Shown one piece after another: positions 44,392 to 56,991 of a stretch of 64,000 nucleotides of DNA. Location of the stretch: assembly GCA_004431415.1 (NCBI GenBank), contig QPMI01000054.1, positions 372,001 to 436,000 on the forward strand, in the 5' to 3' direction. This DNA comes from Cyanophora paradoxa CCMP329 (taxonomy: Eukaryota > Plantae > Glaucophyta). Position numbers and translations under genes: made by a program. Position 1 is the first letter of the stretch, and each line of letters opens with the position of its first letter. Under the pieces are notes generated by a model. The model was not told where the DNA came from, did not search any database, and saw only the letters and a list, made by a program, of their open reading frames with translations.

Positions 44392-45818
44392 CTAGGCGCT
44401 GCGCTTGGTCTCCTCCTCGGCGTAGGGGTTGCGGGCCGGCTCGAGCTTCTCGAGGACGGCCTTGAGCCCAAGGTAGAGCATCGCCGACTGCGCCCCCGCG
44501 TTGCTCGCGAAGCTCGCCACTGCCGTGCGAGTGAGCTTCTGGGCGGGGCAGGGGGGCGGGCCCGGGGTACAGCGCGCACCGAGGAGGAGCTGGACGAGGG
44601 CGGCGGAGACGAGCTCCTGGGAGCCCTGCTCCTCCGCGATCTTGTTCGTGATGCTCGTCAGCGCCGTCGTGATAAGCTGCGGCGCGGTGAGCCGTCGGGG
44701 GTGCGGATGCGGAGCACGGGGGGTACCGCACCTCCAGGATGTCGTAGCCCAGGATGACACCCACGAACTGCAGCTGGCAGAAGAGCCCCAGCGTCTTCAG
44801 CGCCTGGGGGTACGGGTCGGAGCGGTAGGGGGGTACAGCGGTGGCGCAATCCGGACCGTGGCGGCTGGCCAGAGTGCGACAAAAGGCAGCTTCCGCCTCA
44901 TCCTGCGGGGGGGCCGCTCGAGGGGGGTACGGCGCGGAAGAGGCGGGGGGCACGGCGCACCCGAAGCCGTAGACGACGCTGAGGGGCCCGACGGTGAGGA
45001 GGAACTTGAAGCCAAGGGTGGGCCCCCCGAACGTGAAGCACATCTGCGCGCCGCGGCTCGCGCGAGGCGGGGCGGGGCGCGGGCGGGGCTGGGGGGAGGG
45101 CGCGGGCGCGGCGCACGATGGAGCCGACGACCATAGTGGAGAGGTACTCGCGCGGGCCGTGCCGGATCGCCGCCAGCGCGGGCGGCGCTGCGGCCCCCGC
45201 CATGATCGCGATGTCGCTCGGAGAAGGAACGACCTTCGCGATCTGCGCGCGGCGTCGGCGTCGGCGCCGGCGCACCCCCGCCGCGGGCCCCTGAGTTCGC
45301 ACTGCGTAAAGCACGGCACTCGTTGACGCGAGCATCGCGCTCTCGACGATTGGCAGCGCCGCCGCGAACGCGTCGGCGTCCGGCCCGACGCGCCGCGGAG
45401 CGTCGTCGATCTCCGCGGCGTTTTGAAAGCGGTCGGGCGGCGGCGGCGTCGGCTCGCCGGGCGAGTCGGCGCGGCGCGGGGGCCGCCGCCCCTCCCGCAC
45501 GGCCTCCAGGTCCCTCATTAGCTGCTCCGCCCGCCGCACGCCCTGCCGCTGGACGGCGGCGGCGGGCGGCGCCTGCGGCTCGGCTGCATCGAGCTCCTGG
45601 GCCGCGGGCTGCGCGGGGACGCTCGGCCGCTCCTCCAGCTCGCAGCTCCACACGAGGCGGACCGGCCGCGCGGCTCGGGCGCCGCTCGGGAGACGCCGCA
45701 CGCGCTCATGATTTGCGGCGCCTACGCGCTGGCGGCCGAGCGAGAATGATCCGACGCCCCCGCACAGCGAGAGCGGCACCGCGCACACGCCGAACGCCGG
45801 CGCCGGACCGCTGGCCAT
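44392..45818 (-). CDS. DUF2232/YybS-like membrane protein, probably plastid-targeted, multi-exon
   Basis: IVESAMLASTSAVLY...PALAAIRHG...FGGPTLG resembles cyanobacterial/plant DUF2232. The N-terminus MASGPAPAFG is transit-peptide-like. Confidence 0.6.
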
Positions 45819-45956
45819 ACGGTGGTCGGATACTGTACCCCCCGCTTCTGCCTTCACCTCAATTCGAGCTCGAGGCAGGTGTGAGGAGAGAATCAAAACG
45901 CGGGTCGACGTTATCGGCTTCAGCTTCAAGGAGCGGCACAGCAGAGGCGGGCGGGG

Positions 45957-48119
45957 CTAGGAGAAGCTCTGGAGGCCCGGGGCGCGCCGCTCCTGCAGGG
46001 CCGCAGCCTCGGCCGCCAGCGAGGGGCCCCGCGGCGCCGGCCCCCGCCCCGACAGCCACGCGCTGAACGACGCCGGCCGCTGCTGCTGCCGGCTGCGGGC
46101 GGCGTGGAGACGGGGGCCGGGCGGAGGCGGAGGCCGGGCGGGAGGGGGCGCGGTGGCGGCCCGCGGGGCGGAGTTGAGGGCGGGTCGGGGCCGGGGAGAA
46201 GGAGGCGGGGCGCCAGAGCCCCTGCCCCAGCCGTCAAAAGAGCCGCTGGAGCGCACCGAGCGGCCCGCCCACGCGTCGAACTCGCCGCTCGCGGGGCCTG
46301 CGGCGGCCGCGGCGGCCGCGGGCGGGGGCGCCGGCGGGGCGGTGCGGGCGCGGGAGGCCGGGGCGGAGGCGGAGGCGGAGGGGGCGGTGGCGGTGGCGGG
46401 GCGGGAGGGGCGGCGGGAGGAGCCCGGGGTGAGGCCGGAGAGGCGGGAGCGGCTGCCGGGCGGGAGCCGTGGCTCGAGGGCGGGCGCACGGTCTCCAGCT
46501 CCGCGTACGCGATCTGCTCCGCCTTGCGGCTCCCGGCCGCAGCAGCCGCGGCAGCGCCGGCGCCAGCGCGCCCAGGGGGGGCGGCGGCAGGCTCCCGGGC
46601 ACGGGGCCGCCCGGCAGCAGAGGGGCGGAGAGGGGCCGGGCCGGCGGGGGCGGGGGGAGCGCGGGGGGCTTCCGAGGGGACAGCTGCGACGGCTGCCAGG
46701 ACTATCAGCGGGGGCTGCGCAAGCAGGTGGGGGCGAGAGGGGTACCGGAATGGGAGGGGGCCCGCTGGGGGGCCCGAAGTGGGAACTCTTCCCCGTGGAA
46801 CCGAACCGGTCCCCGGCCTCCACGTCGAACTCCCCCGGGCTGCGGGGTACGTGAATCTCGGGCCGCAGGGGCACGAGCAGCCGCGGCCGGGGCCGCGCAC
46901 CCGGCGCCGCCCTGGCGGATGGCAGCGTAGAGGGCGAACGGCCCCCCGTTGAACCGATCCAGCGTGTCTGCTCCGAAGTTAGCGACGGGTACGCGCTCCC
47001 TGACCGTCTCCAGCCGCGGATCCAGGGGCCTCTGCGGGGGGCGTAAGGTTTCTGCGTCAACCCGGGGGGGGGGAGGAAGCTGAGGGGGGGTACCATCTCG
47101 TCGTAGTAGGACTTCGCGGGGTCGGACGAGGAGGGCCGGGGGGGCGCCCACGCGATGGCGCCCCTCGAGCCGGCCCCCAGCGGCTCGCCGGGGGCCCCGG
47201 GGTACGAGCCCGGGCCCGGGGTGAGGGGCCCGGGGGACGGGAAGCGGGGGGAGGAGGGCATGAAGGGGGACTGCGGCCGCTCGCGGGTGGGGGAGAGGTT
47301 GGGGATCAGGTAGGGGGTACCGGGGGCCTCGGGGGGCCGGGAGGAGGGGGCGGAGGGGGGCCGGTACTTGACGGCGGCGGGGTGCGGGGGCGGGACGGGT
47401 ACGTCGAAGGCGCCGGGGGCGCTGGGGCTGTAGACGGCCCACTGGTGGGGGAAGAGGGAGACGGGGCGCCCACCCTCGGTCCGCGAGGGGGCGCGCTCCG
47501 GGCCCGCGAAGGAGAAGGCGGGCGGCGCGGGGCGCACGGCCCCGAGCCTCACGTCGTAGGGCGGGGGCGTGGCGTTCGGGTCGGCCCCCGGCGGCGCTGC
47601 GGACCCCGAGGCGACCGGCAGCTGCCAGGGGACGCCCCGCCGCGGCTCCTCCGGCAGGTCGTAGGCGCCCGGGGCCGGCGTGACGCGCCGCGGCGGCGGG
47701 TCCGGGAAGCGAGGCTCCGAGACGAAGGTAGCCGCCGGCGAGCGCGGACGGACGGCGGCGTCTGCCGTCGGGCTGAGGAAGGGGATGGGCGCCTCGGCGC
47801 GCCGCGGGCTTCGCGGGGCGCGGGGCGGGTGAGCGAACGACGCGGACGCGCGCGACAGGACAGGCGGGGCAGGGCAGGCGCACGAGGGGTGCGGCTGGGC
47901 GAACTTGATGGCGACGGGGGCCGGGGGCAGCGGGGGCGGGTGGAAGGAGCCCGGCGACGACTCCCGCGCGACCTCGAGCTGGTGGGGGAAGAGCGCGACG
48001 CCGTTGGTCACCGCGCGCTTCTCCAGCCGCGGCGCCGGCGAGATGCGCGTGAAGGCCGCGTTCTCCCGCGTCGCCGCGAGGGCGGAGGCGAGGTCCCGCG
48101 GCGGCTCCTCCGGCGGCAT
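45957..48119 (-). CDS. SHIPPO / sperm-tail PG-rich repeat protein (axonemal type); 3' end uncertain
   Basis: Repeated TPAPGAYD, SAPGAFD, TPGPGSY and SPGEFD motifs, with frame switches in G/C runs. Confidence 0.65.
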   Translation of the reverse strand: MPPEEPPRDLASALAATRENAAFTRISPAPRLEKRAVTNGVALFPHQLEVARESSPGSFHPPPLPPAPVAIKFAQPHPSCACPAPPVLSRASASFAHPPRAPRSPRRAEAPIPFLSPTADAAVRPRSPAATFVSEPRFPDPPPRRVTPAPGAYDLPEEPRRGVPWQLPVASGSAAPPGADPNATPPPYDVRLGAVRPAPPAFSFAGPERAPSRTEGGRPVSLFPHQWAVYSPSAPGAFDVPVPPPHPAAVKYRPPSAPSSRPPEAPGTPYLIPNLSPTRERPQSPFMPSSPRFPSPGPLTPGPGSYPGAPGEPLGAGSRGAIAWAPPRPSSSDPAKSYYDEMVPPLSFLPPPGLTQKPYAPRRGPWIRGWRRSGSAYPSLTSEQTRWIGSTGGRSPSTLPSARAAPGARPRPRLLVPLRPEIHVPRSPGEFDVEAGDRFGSTGKSSHFGPPSGPPPIPVPLSPPPACAAPADSPGSRRSCPLGSPPRSPRPRRPGPSPPLCCRAAPCPGACRRPPWARWRRRCRGCCGREPQGGADRVRGAGDRAPALEPRLPPGSRSRLSGLTPGSSRRPSRPATATAPSASASAPASRARTAPPAPPPAAAAAAAGPASGEFDAWAGRSVRSSGSFDGWGRGSGAPPPSPRPRPALNSAPRAATAPPPARPPPPPGPRLHAARSRQQQRPASFSAWLSGRGPAPRGPSLAAEAAALQERRAPGLQSFS

Positions 48120-48570
48120 CGCTCGCTGTGGGTAAACGACGCTCGCGGGGGGCCGCCGCTTCCAACGCCGATTGCCTGGCCAGGTCGCTGGCCAGGACGC
48201 TGGCCTCGCCCACGCCGGGGTCAAATCGATCAACGGCGCTCGGCCACTTGAAGCGCGGTCGCGGATGTGCTTGAAGCTTGCTAAACGCTCTCTAGAAGCG
48301 CCAGCAGAGGTGCACGGAGGCCGCTTCAGAGAAGTGCCATGAAGCTAATCTGGGCGGCGCGCCGAAGATCTGCTGGGCGAGCGCGGCGAAGCTAAGCGTA
48401 AAGCTTAAGCTGCGCTGCTGCCCGTTAGCGCTGTCGCAGCTAGCTTTTGTACATGTGGCCGCGCTCTACAATGTATTCAAGACGCGGGGTCGAATCCTGC
48501 CAATCCGGCTTTAGCGTGCCCTGCATATATACGCATGCGGCAGTTGCGGCGAGCTCGGAGCGATTGCGAG

Positions 48571-50213
48571 TCAGGGCGGTACAGGCTCGGCCCACAGATG
48601 GAGGCTGCGGTCGTAGAAGGAGCAGCTCGCGAGGAGGCTAGGGACCTCCCCCGCTGCCCCCTCGAGCTCCCCCGTGGCCGCCGCCCCCGCCCCCGCCCAG
48701 CTCCAGTCGAGCCCGTACGCCAGCTGGTTCGGTCCGTGCTCCCGGTGCTCCCCCACGCTCTCCACGCTCGGGCCTGCCGCGGCGTTAGCTTCAGAAGCCG
48801 GCCAGCTGCAGGGCACGACTGCGAACCGCCCTCGTCGAAGCGCAGGACGTGGCACCCGTAGTGCATGCACGCCGCCGCAAGGGTCTCGGGGCGCCTGGGA
48901 CTGGGGTGCCACCGGATCCGCCTGGGTACGCGGTGAGACTGACCTCGGGCAGGAGGGTACGGGGAAGCGCGGACCAGACGCCGCCGCCGAGTGCCGCGGT
49001 GCAGAGCGGCCTCCGCATGGCTCTCGTGTCCCACACCCGAAGCGACTCGTCGTAGCTGGGGGTACGCGATTCAGAGGGTGGGGGTGGGGAACGGGTGGAG
49101 AAACAGGCGAACCTCCCTGATGCCAGAATATGCTCCCTGTGCGGGCTCGAGGCTATGCTGCAGACTCCCGCGCCATGCCTGCGGGGTACAGGTCATCGGA
49201 GGGCTCGTGGGTTTACGGGGAGCCCCGCACTCTCGGCTGGTGAAGGTGGGGGTAGAGCAATCCGTGCGCAGGTCCCACCCTCGGAACAGCGCGTCATCGC
49301 CCCCTGGGCAACGGGGTTCGGCGGGGGTAAGGGTACAGGAGCCGCGTGCAGGGGGTACCGGAGTAGACGCTATGGGAGGCCCAGGAATCCCACGCGGCGA
49401 TCCAGGCCTCGAATCCGTGCGCGACCCAGTTCCGCGTCTTCCGAAGCTGCGCTCCCCCCCTCTCCAGCACCGAAACCGAGCCGTCGGAGTGGCTCACGAC
49501 CCTGCGCAGCGCGCTCAGCGGCGGCGCACGGGGGCGCGCGGGTCGGGGTATCGCAAGAGGCGCACGCGCTCATGCCACGGGGCTCCCAGCAGAGCGATAA
49601 GCACATGGATCCCTCTTCTGCAACGGGAAGGGACGAAAGGCGGCGCAGCGAGGGGCCGCCGCCCGCCTCGGCCAGCTCGTCGAGGTACACGCTCCCGTCC
49701 GCGCACGCGAGCGCAAGCAGCGCCCGCCCGTCATCGAGCACGGGGCACCTGCGAGCGCGCTCTCGTTTGCGGTGGCCGCGTGGGCCCTCCGCGCTCGTCG
49801 CACCATTTCAGGTCGAAGATGCCGGACGGGACTTCGCGCTCCTCCCGCGTCTCGAGCCCGAAGGAGCTGCAGGCAGGGTTGAACGATACGCAAGCGCTTG
49901 GAATGCGTCGCGAAATGCCCCGCCGCACCCGCCGCCGCCGCCGCGAACTTCGTACAGGTAACACCGCCCGATGCGGCTCTGCGGCTGCTTGCTGGAGCCC
50001 TCGCCGCCGTCGCTCCCGCCGGGCGCGGCGCCTGATGGTGGATGTAGACTGTTCAGAGCGCCGATCGGGGCCCGGGCCGCGCGTGGCGGTCTTACTTTCG
50101 TCGAGCTGGTAGTTCGCGCAGACCAGCAGCGCCCGATGCGGCTCGTGGGGACAGAACTCGCACGCGTCTGCGTTGTTCGCCGTCGTCGCCCGAGCCAGCG
50201 CCTTGAGCTGCAT
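48571..50213 (-). CDS. DPH7: Diphthine methylesterase (WD40 repeat), multi-exon
   Basis: ADACEFCP...[77 protein letters not shown]. Confidence 0.9.
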
Positions 50214-50316
50214 CGTCCAGTCGGGACAGTCGTCGCCAGTCGAAGCTAGGGGGGTAGCAGTCTAGGGGGGTAGCAGTCACGGTTCGCGGCCGACACCCAG
50301 CCGCAGCATTTTAGCC

Positions 50317-51470
50317 ATGCTCTTCGCTTCTGGGATGCGCGCGGTGGCCCTGGGACGTGCCGTGGGCGCGGCGGTGCACGTGGCGCCCGCGTCACGCTGT
50401 GCAGCGGCCTCTTCGGCCCGCTTCTCGGTGTCGGCGGCTCGGCCCGTGGTGCATGCGACCGCGACCGGCGCGACATCGTCGTTCGGCTCCGCGGCGGCTG
50501 TGGCTGCGGAGTCCGCTGGCGCACAGGGCGCGCAGGAGGCAGCAGCCATTAGCAAGCGGGCGCTGCTCCTGGCCTCCGCGCTCCTTTCGGCCGCCACTCT
50601 CGTCAGCCAATCCGAGGTACCAGCACTGCCGCTGCCGTTCACAGCGCCCGTGGCTGGGGCGCTGACAACGGCGTCGGGCTCAGGCCGATTGCGCGAAGGA
50701 TGACTCGTCCAAGGAGGGCGATGCGGTCATTGACATGATCGTCAAGCAGCTTGGTAACGCGGGGGTGAGTGTGCGTTGGTGGCGCTCCGCGGCTCGGTTC
50801 TGGCCGCCCGCTCTACCGACACGCCTTCGTGCGGCTGACCTGCGGCGCAACGCAGGGCTTCCTCGGCGAGAACGTTCACCACGTGGCGCCCGACGTGCGT
50901 TTTCGCTTTCGCGTGCTGCGGCGCCCGCCGCCAAGCCCGCCGCCGCCGAGCCCTCCCGCCGACCCGCGCGTCTCGGCAGGTCACTTTCGGGTTCCTTAGC
51001 GGCATCGCGGCTGGCTACGCTGGCAAGCAGATCGGCAAGTTATCTATGACCGCCTTGGGCCTCATCTTCATCGGACTCCAGGCGCGACTCTCGGATCAAA
51101 TTTCGCCGCACGCCTGCCCTAACGCCACCGCAGGTCTCCTCCCACTACGGGTATGTCTCGGTGAACTGGAACGAAATTAGCAAGTCGATGATGAAGCCCC
51201 TGGACGGTCCGCGGCACCCCGCGCGCGGCGTACTCTCGCCAGTGCTGATTTTCGAATGCGCAGTCAACGGCGACGGCAAGGTCGATAACCTCGACTATTC
51301 CATCATCGCCGACCGCGTCCTGCGAGTCCTCAAAGCCAACCGTGCGTTCGGGCCGCGGGCCGTCCGGCGGCCAGAGCATGACTCGCAGCTATATCAAACC
51401 TGACGCCCCCGCAGTGCCCGGCGCCGGCGGCTTCGGCGCCGGCGTGGCGATCGGCCTCAGGCTCGGCTAA
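50317..51470 (+). CDS. FUN14-domain membrane protein, multi-exon
   Basis: TFGFLSGIAAGYAGKQIGK...FIGLQ|VSSHYGYVSVNW...D|VNGDGKVD...PGAGGFGAGVAIGLRLG*. Confidence 0.85.
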
Positions 51471-51612
51471 GCGCGCAAAGCTGTCCGTTAGCTCCAAGGC
51501 TCTAGCTATGGCCTTCTTCCTTGCGACTCGCACGGTTTCTGTTTTTTGTACATAATGGCTTTGCACTCTGCACGCCTACTAGCCGCGGGGCAGGACATTT
51601 CTGGCAGCACCC

Positions 51613-52608
51613 TTACTTGTCCAGAGCCTTCTTGATCCTGATCGCCGCGCCGACAGCGCCGCCGATAAGCAGAGCGTTCTGGGCCAGAAAGCTGCGCGCG
51701 CAGCGCGTCAGCTAGCGAGCCGGGCGCCCGTAGGTAGGACTCGGATTCAGTTTAGGACTCGGATTCAGTTTGACGCACGCGGCGATGAAGCCACGGCCGC
51801 GCTTCTTCGCATCGGCAGCGTACTGGATGCCGTAGTCGAGGCGCGCGAGGGCCCAGATGAGGCCGAGGACGCCCGCGAACTCTGGACGAGTCCGGAGTTC
51901 GAAGGCGAACGCGAATGCAAAGGAGACGGATGCGCGGACCTGGGGTCACGAATACGGATGCGGAGAAGAGCTGCGGCGTGGGCGGATAGGCGTGAGCGAC
52001 GTCGGCGGCGCGGCGATGGCGGCGCGTTGGCGGCGAGTGGCCCCAATTGCCGAGGCTTGCACACCGAGGGAAGGAGGATGGGAAGCTGCTCCATGGTGTT
52101 CTGTAACAGAAAGCTTTAGCCTCTCAATCACCTCTGGCAAACGGTGAAGCGAGCACCTGGTGCGCCCGGAACACACGCTCGAAATCAGCATTCCCTGCGG
52201 CGCGGTCGAACATGCCATCAACGCGGCGGCCAGAGATGGGACGCACCGCTGGTCGCCGGCGCCTTGACACCGAACTTCTGCCGCGCGCCACCTGTGACGG
52301 CAGAGTCAGGGGCATTCAAGAAGCAGTCGACGGCGTGGCGGAATCGGCTAGATGCAGCTAAAAGCTTCCAGTGCTTTCAGAACGACCCGGAAAACGGGGG
52401 TGCGTCTCTAAGGCCCTCGGCTACAGCGTCAAATGGCGACTTACGCACCGACGGCGACGGCCTGCGTCTGGTACTGCGTACGTGGCGAGGATTAGCGGCG
52501 CCGGTCCATGGTTCCTCATGGGCCGTGACGACGTACCACGAACAAGGCCGCCGACGCCGCCAAGGTCGGGTAGGCGAGAGTCTTGAGGCCAAGGTCGAGC
52601 CTGGTCAT
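51613..52608 (-). CDS. MAPEG family protein (microsomal GST / LTC4-synthase-like), multi-exon
   Basis: RQKFGVKAPATSG|NADFERVFRAHQ|NTMEQLPILLP...GLIWALARLDYGIQY...KRGRGF. Confidence 0.85.
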
Positions 52609-52816
52609 CTTGAGGGCGGGCGGTTGCGGGATTCGGGACTGATGTCCGCTTTCGGGGGGGTACGCTTCGAAAGCCTGCATCAAGCCGTGCGCCGGCGCAG
52701 CGCCCCGGCAGCGCTCGCGGCCGACTCGTCGGAAGTAAACAAGGCGGCGCTTCAACCTCTGCGAGCGGCGCGCGGTCGTAACGGCGATGAGTCGGCCGGT
52801 TCATCGGTCAGCGGCG

Positions 52817-54871
52817 ATGCTGGCGCGGCTAAGCGCTGTCGGGCACACGGCATCCGTCTCGGCGTCATGCAGGAGTGCATACCGACCGTGCGCGGTCAGG
52901 CCCATGTTGGATCGCCCGTTTGCCACAACCGTCGCCGTACAAGCCGGCGCCGCTGGAGCTGCATCGCCCTGGAGAACTATTACGCGACACTTCAGCTGCG
53001 TTAAGACGCGCGGGCCGGAGGTCGTCTATTCCCCTGAAGGACAGATTCTGAGGCGCGTGTGTGAACCGCGCCCCCCTTGGCCTAGGCCGCGCCATATGCA
53101 TGCGCGCCAGACCCACCAACGAACGAGACTCGGGCGCGGCGGGCCTGACATCGGCACAGGTACGACTCGGAGCGCGCGTTCAAGTGGCGCATGGCTGCGC
53201 AGATGTTCTTCGGGAGGTGACTCAAAGCCCGACGGCGGCCCAAGCCTAAGCGCCAGACCCCGCGCGCACCAGACCCCGCGCGCGCCAATCCTCCGCGCCC
53301 GGCCGCGCAGCGTGCTGGACAAGTACATTCCCCTGCACGCAGCGATCGGCTGCGCAGCGGCGACGGGCATCGCGTACGTCTTCCCGGGCGAGCTGATCAG
53401 CAACACCAACTCCTTGATCCTGCAGACGGCCCGCGCCCTGTACCCCCGCCCACGCGCGTACCCCCTGACGTCTTCACCCCCAGCTGGTGGCATTCCTGAC
53501 AGGCCTCTTCCTGTCGACCTGCTTCAACCGCTGGTGGGCCACCCGCATGCTCCTCCAGACGGTACGGTACCCCCCGAAAGGGACCCCGCCGGGGTCGAAC
53601 TGTGGTCCGTGCAGGTCATGGGCCAGACATCCAACCTTGCGGTGCTTTCGTCGGCCCTTATCCGCGGCGAGACGCCGGCGGAGGAGGCCGAAGCGGCTCA
53701 GATCCGAGCCGACATGGTGCCCTCGCCCCCGCCCCCCCCCCCCCCCCCCCCCTCTTTGCCTTCTCCCCCTGTTAACCCCGGGGCCCTAGGTCCGGTACCT
53801 GAACCTGGCCCACGCGCTGGCAAGCAAAGCCTTCACCTCTACCCCGGCTTACACGCACGCCGTACCCCCCTCCCCGGCTGAGGTTGGCGTACCCCCAGGT
53901 GTACAAGCAGGCGAGAAACGACGGGAACGCGGACGACCTGATTGAGAAGGGCCTCGTCACGCCCGAGGAGTGGGCCGAGCTCCGGGGTACGCCGGCGCTG
54001 TGGGTAGTCCAGATAGATCATGACGAGGCCTGCGCGCGTGTGGCGGGACCTGACGCGCGGGGCGGGCAGACATGCCGGCGCGCACGAACGGGGCCTACTT
54101 CCTCGCGGCTTCCCGCTACTCCGACGCCGTCCGCAGCAACCTCGTCGTGGGGGGGTACGCCGTCGCCATCGCGGGAGGGGGGTACACCCGCCCCGGGGGT
54201 GCGAGCGTCCGCGCGCAGCCCCGCGGCGGCGACCGCCCCGATCCTGGGCGCGATCTCCGCCGCCCGCGGCGCGGCGGCCGACATTTTTATGTACGTCAAC
54301 ACGCAGGTATGCGGTACCCCCGGGCGCCGTCTCGCGGGATTGCTGTGCCCCGCGCCTCATTGGGCCCCGCAGGTCCCCTACACCTACGTGTTTCTCATGG
54401 CCGGCATCGTCGTGAGTACTATTTGCGTACCCTTGCTGCGTAAAGAGCCGAGTGCGCGTACCCTGCAGCGCATTCACATCCTCCTGGTCGTCCTCTTCTC
54501 GGCGCACGTGCGCCCCAGCGTCGCATGCCGCGCGTGTACCCCCTCCGAGCGGCGGTGCCAACCTCCCCCGCAGGTGATCGCTGAGGGGACGCTGGCCAAG
54601 CTTGCCTTCGGCTGGCTCTTCGTGGCGACAAACGTGCCCCCCTCCTCTCCCCTTGCGCTTCCCGCGCTGCGGGGCCCCCCAGGGCTGACGGGGCCGCCCC
54701 CAGGTGTGCGTGTACGAGGGGCTGCTGAAGCTGGCGCGGGAGCTCGAGAACCCCTTCGGGACGGACCCCCTCGACTTCCCCGCGAGCGTCTACCAGCAGG
54801 CCACCGCCGCCGGCAGCGCCGCCGTCCTCCGCCTGGCCGACCACACCCACAAGCGGCGGCGCGCGCAATAG
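52817..54871 (+). CDS. Bestrophin-family anion channel, multi-exon
   Basis: FLTGLFLSTCFNRWW, RYLNLAHAL, GLVTPEEW, TQVPYTY, YEGLLKLARELENPFGTDPLDFP. Confidence 0.88.
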
Positions 54872-55518
54872 CCATAGCCTCGGGGCAGAGCCAGGGGGCA
54901 GGAGGCAGAGGAGGCAGGGAGGGCTCAGAGGCAGGAGAGCAGAGATCCAGCGCAGGGCAGCAGTGTTCGACGAGATCCGTAGTTCGTAGGATCCCGGAGA
55001 TAGCCGTCGATGAATAGATCTAGAATTCGAATTCGAAGCAGGTGCACGTGGAAGGCGTCGGGCTGAAATTAGAACTCAAGTTTGAATCATCGTGCGCCGG
55101 CATGCAGGCCGGGCACCGTTTACACATCACGCGGCGCGGCCCCCTGCAGCTGGGAGATTCGGCACGCGCACGCTTCAGGTGGGCCCATTGGGTCGGCCGA
55201 AAAAAGGCGTCCTAGGCCTCGAGCTCGGTTCGAGGGCGTGCTGCATCCTGATCCTAGAATAGAATACACCCAGGCTATGTATAGAGCTACCTGCCAAAAC
55301 AAGCAAAGAGGCCGTGTACGGTGATGCGGGGGAGCGTGCGGAAGGGGTCTGCGGCGGAGAAGGGGCCGGGGGAGGGGCGAGGAGAGGAGGGCCGGGAGGC
55401 CCCCAGTCGGGGGGCGGGGCGGAGGCGGTGAAGTCGGGGGCTTCCGAAGCGCGGGAGGGGCCGGGGGGCGGCGGGAGAGGAAAAGGGCCTCCCAAGGGGT
55501 GGAGGCGGGGGCGGGCGG

Positions 55519-56915
55519 CTAGCCCTTGACGCGCTGGGCGACGCCGCCCCAGGGGTCGCGCTCCGCGCCCCACTCGGCCCCCGGCTGGCTCCGCGCGTCC
55601 CGCCGCGGCCCGTGTCCGCCCTCCTCCTCGCCCCCGCCGCCGCCGCCGCCCCCGCCCCCGCCGCCGCGGGCGCCGATGGCGGGGAGGACGGACTTCTTGT
55701 TGCCGAAGGGCTCGAAGGCCGGCCGGGCGGGCGGGGCGGGGATGCCCGGGGCAGGGGACTCGGAGGCGGGCGGAGGGGGCCGTGCCGGGGAGAAGGGGTC
55801 GGACTTGCGGAGGAGGGCGGCGGCGCTCAGCGGGTCGACGACCTCGTCGTGCAGCATGGGCGTCGAGCGCGTCTGGCGGGTGACCCCGAGCGGCTTGGGC
55901 GGCTCCGGCGGGGCCGGGAGGGACATGGCCGCCAGCGACGGCTGCTCCATCACCTTCAGCTTCCGCGGCACCGCCGGCGCCGACATCGCCTCCTTCGTCT
56001 TCGACTTCTCTGCCCCCGCCGCCCGTCGCCACAGGCGCGGCGCCGGCGGGCCGGCCGGCCGGAGGGCGGGCGGGGGCGGACCGAAGTGCAGGATCATGTG
56101 CAGGCTCCCGCCGGGCTTCATGCTGCGGCGCGGCACGGCGCGAGTGAGCGCGGAGGGCGGCGGGGGCGGCGGAGGCGGAGGCGGGATGGCGCGGGGAAGG
56201 GGCGGCGCACTTCTTCCTCCAGAGGACGAACCACTTGTCGCTGTCGTTCCTGCCTTCCTTGATCATGCGATCCTGTCGGCAAAAGGAAAGGTGAGCGGCG
56301 GCGAGCGCGGCGCGGCTAAGCGTGGGCCGCACGAAGTCAATGACGCAGCGGCCCGCCAGGCTCTGTCCGTTCCAGCTGCGCGCAGCCCCGGGAGCGTTAG
56401 AGCTAAGCCGCGCGAGCACTGGCGTCAAAGGGTGGCCGCGCGAAGAGACTTGCCTCTCGTAGTACACCTGCGGAAGTACAGTGAGCATGCGCTCTGCGGC
56501 GGCGGGGCGCGGCGGCGCTCACGTCGCCTTGGAAGGTCCTTTCTGTCTTCTCGGACACTTCCCAATAGAATGCTTCATACCAGAACTGCACCGCGCAGCG
56601 TCACGGTGCTGCCAGTAAGGCGCGGCAGCGGGCGCACGGGGTTCTGTCCAGCCTCCTTGCACGCTAGCGTCCTCTGCACGCTGCCGTCCGAGAACTGCAG
56701 GCCTACTGGTGAGGGGTGGCCAGCGGCGGCGGGCATAGGACGGACCGCCAGTTGGACGTAGCAGTCCGGCGCGTTGGCGAGCTTCGGCTTGTGAAGGTCG
56801 CGAGCCTCCAGAACTGCACCGGAGCAGTTAGTCGAGCAGTAGGCAGACTGAAGCCGCGCGAGGAAGCCAAGGGTTGTGGCTCCGATTCACGGGGCGGGAT
56901 GCGCCGGGCGGCCAC
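55519..56915 (-). CDS. Putative C2-domain protein with a Pro-rich tail, multi-exon (start uncertain)
   Basis: QRTLACKEAGQNP, AGRCVIDF and DKWFVLWRK...GGSLHMILHF resemble C2 strands. Confidence 0.5.
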
Positions 56916-56991
56916 AACGCCGCTGGATACAAGCTAGCGCTACTCTCAGCAGCCAGGGCCGGTCGCACCCTGCACCCGCAGCGTGCCCACG

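Noticed and set aside
41790-47000. Long Pro/Arg/Gly-rich ORFs in many frames
   Set aside because: They result from stop-codon scarcity in very GC-rich exon/intron sequence.
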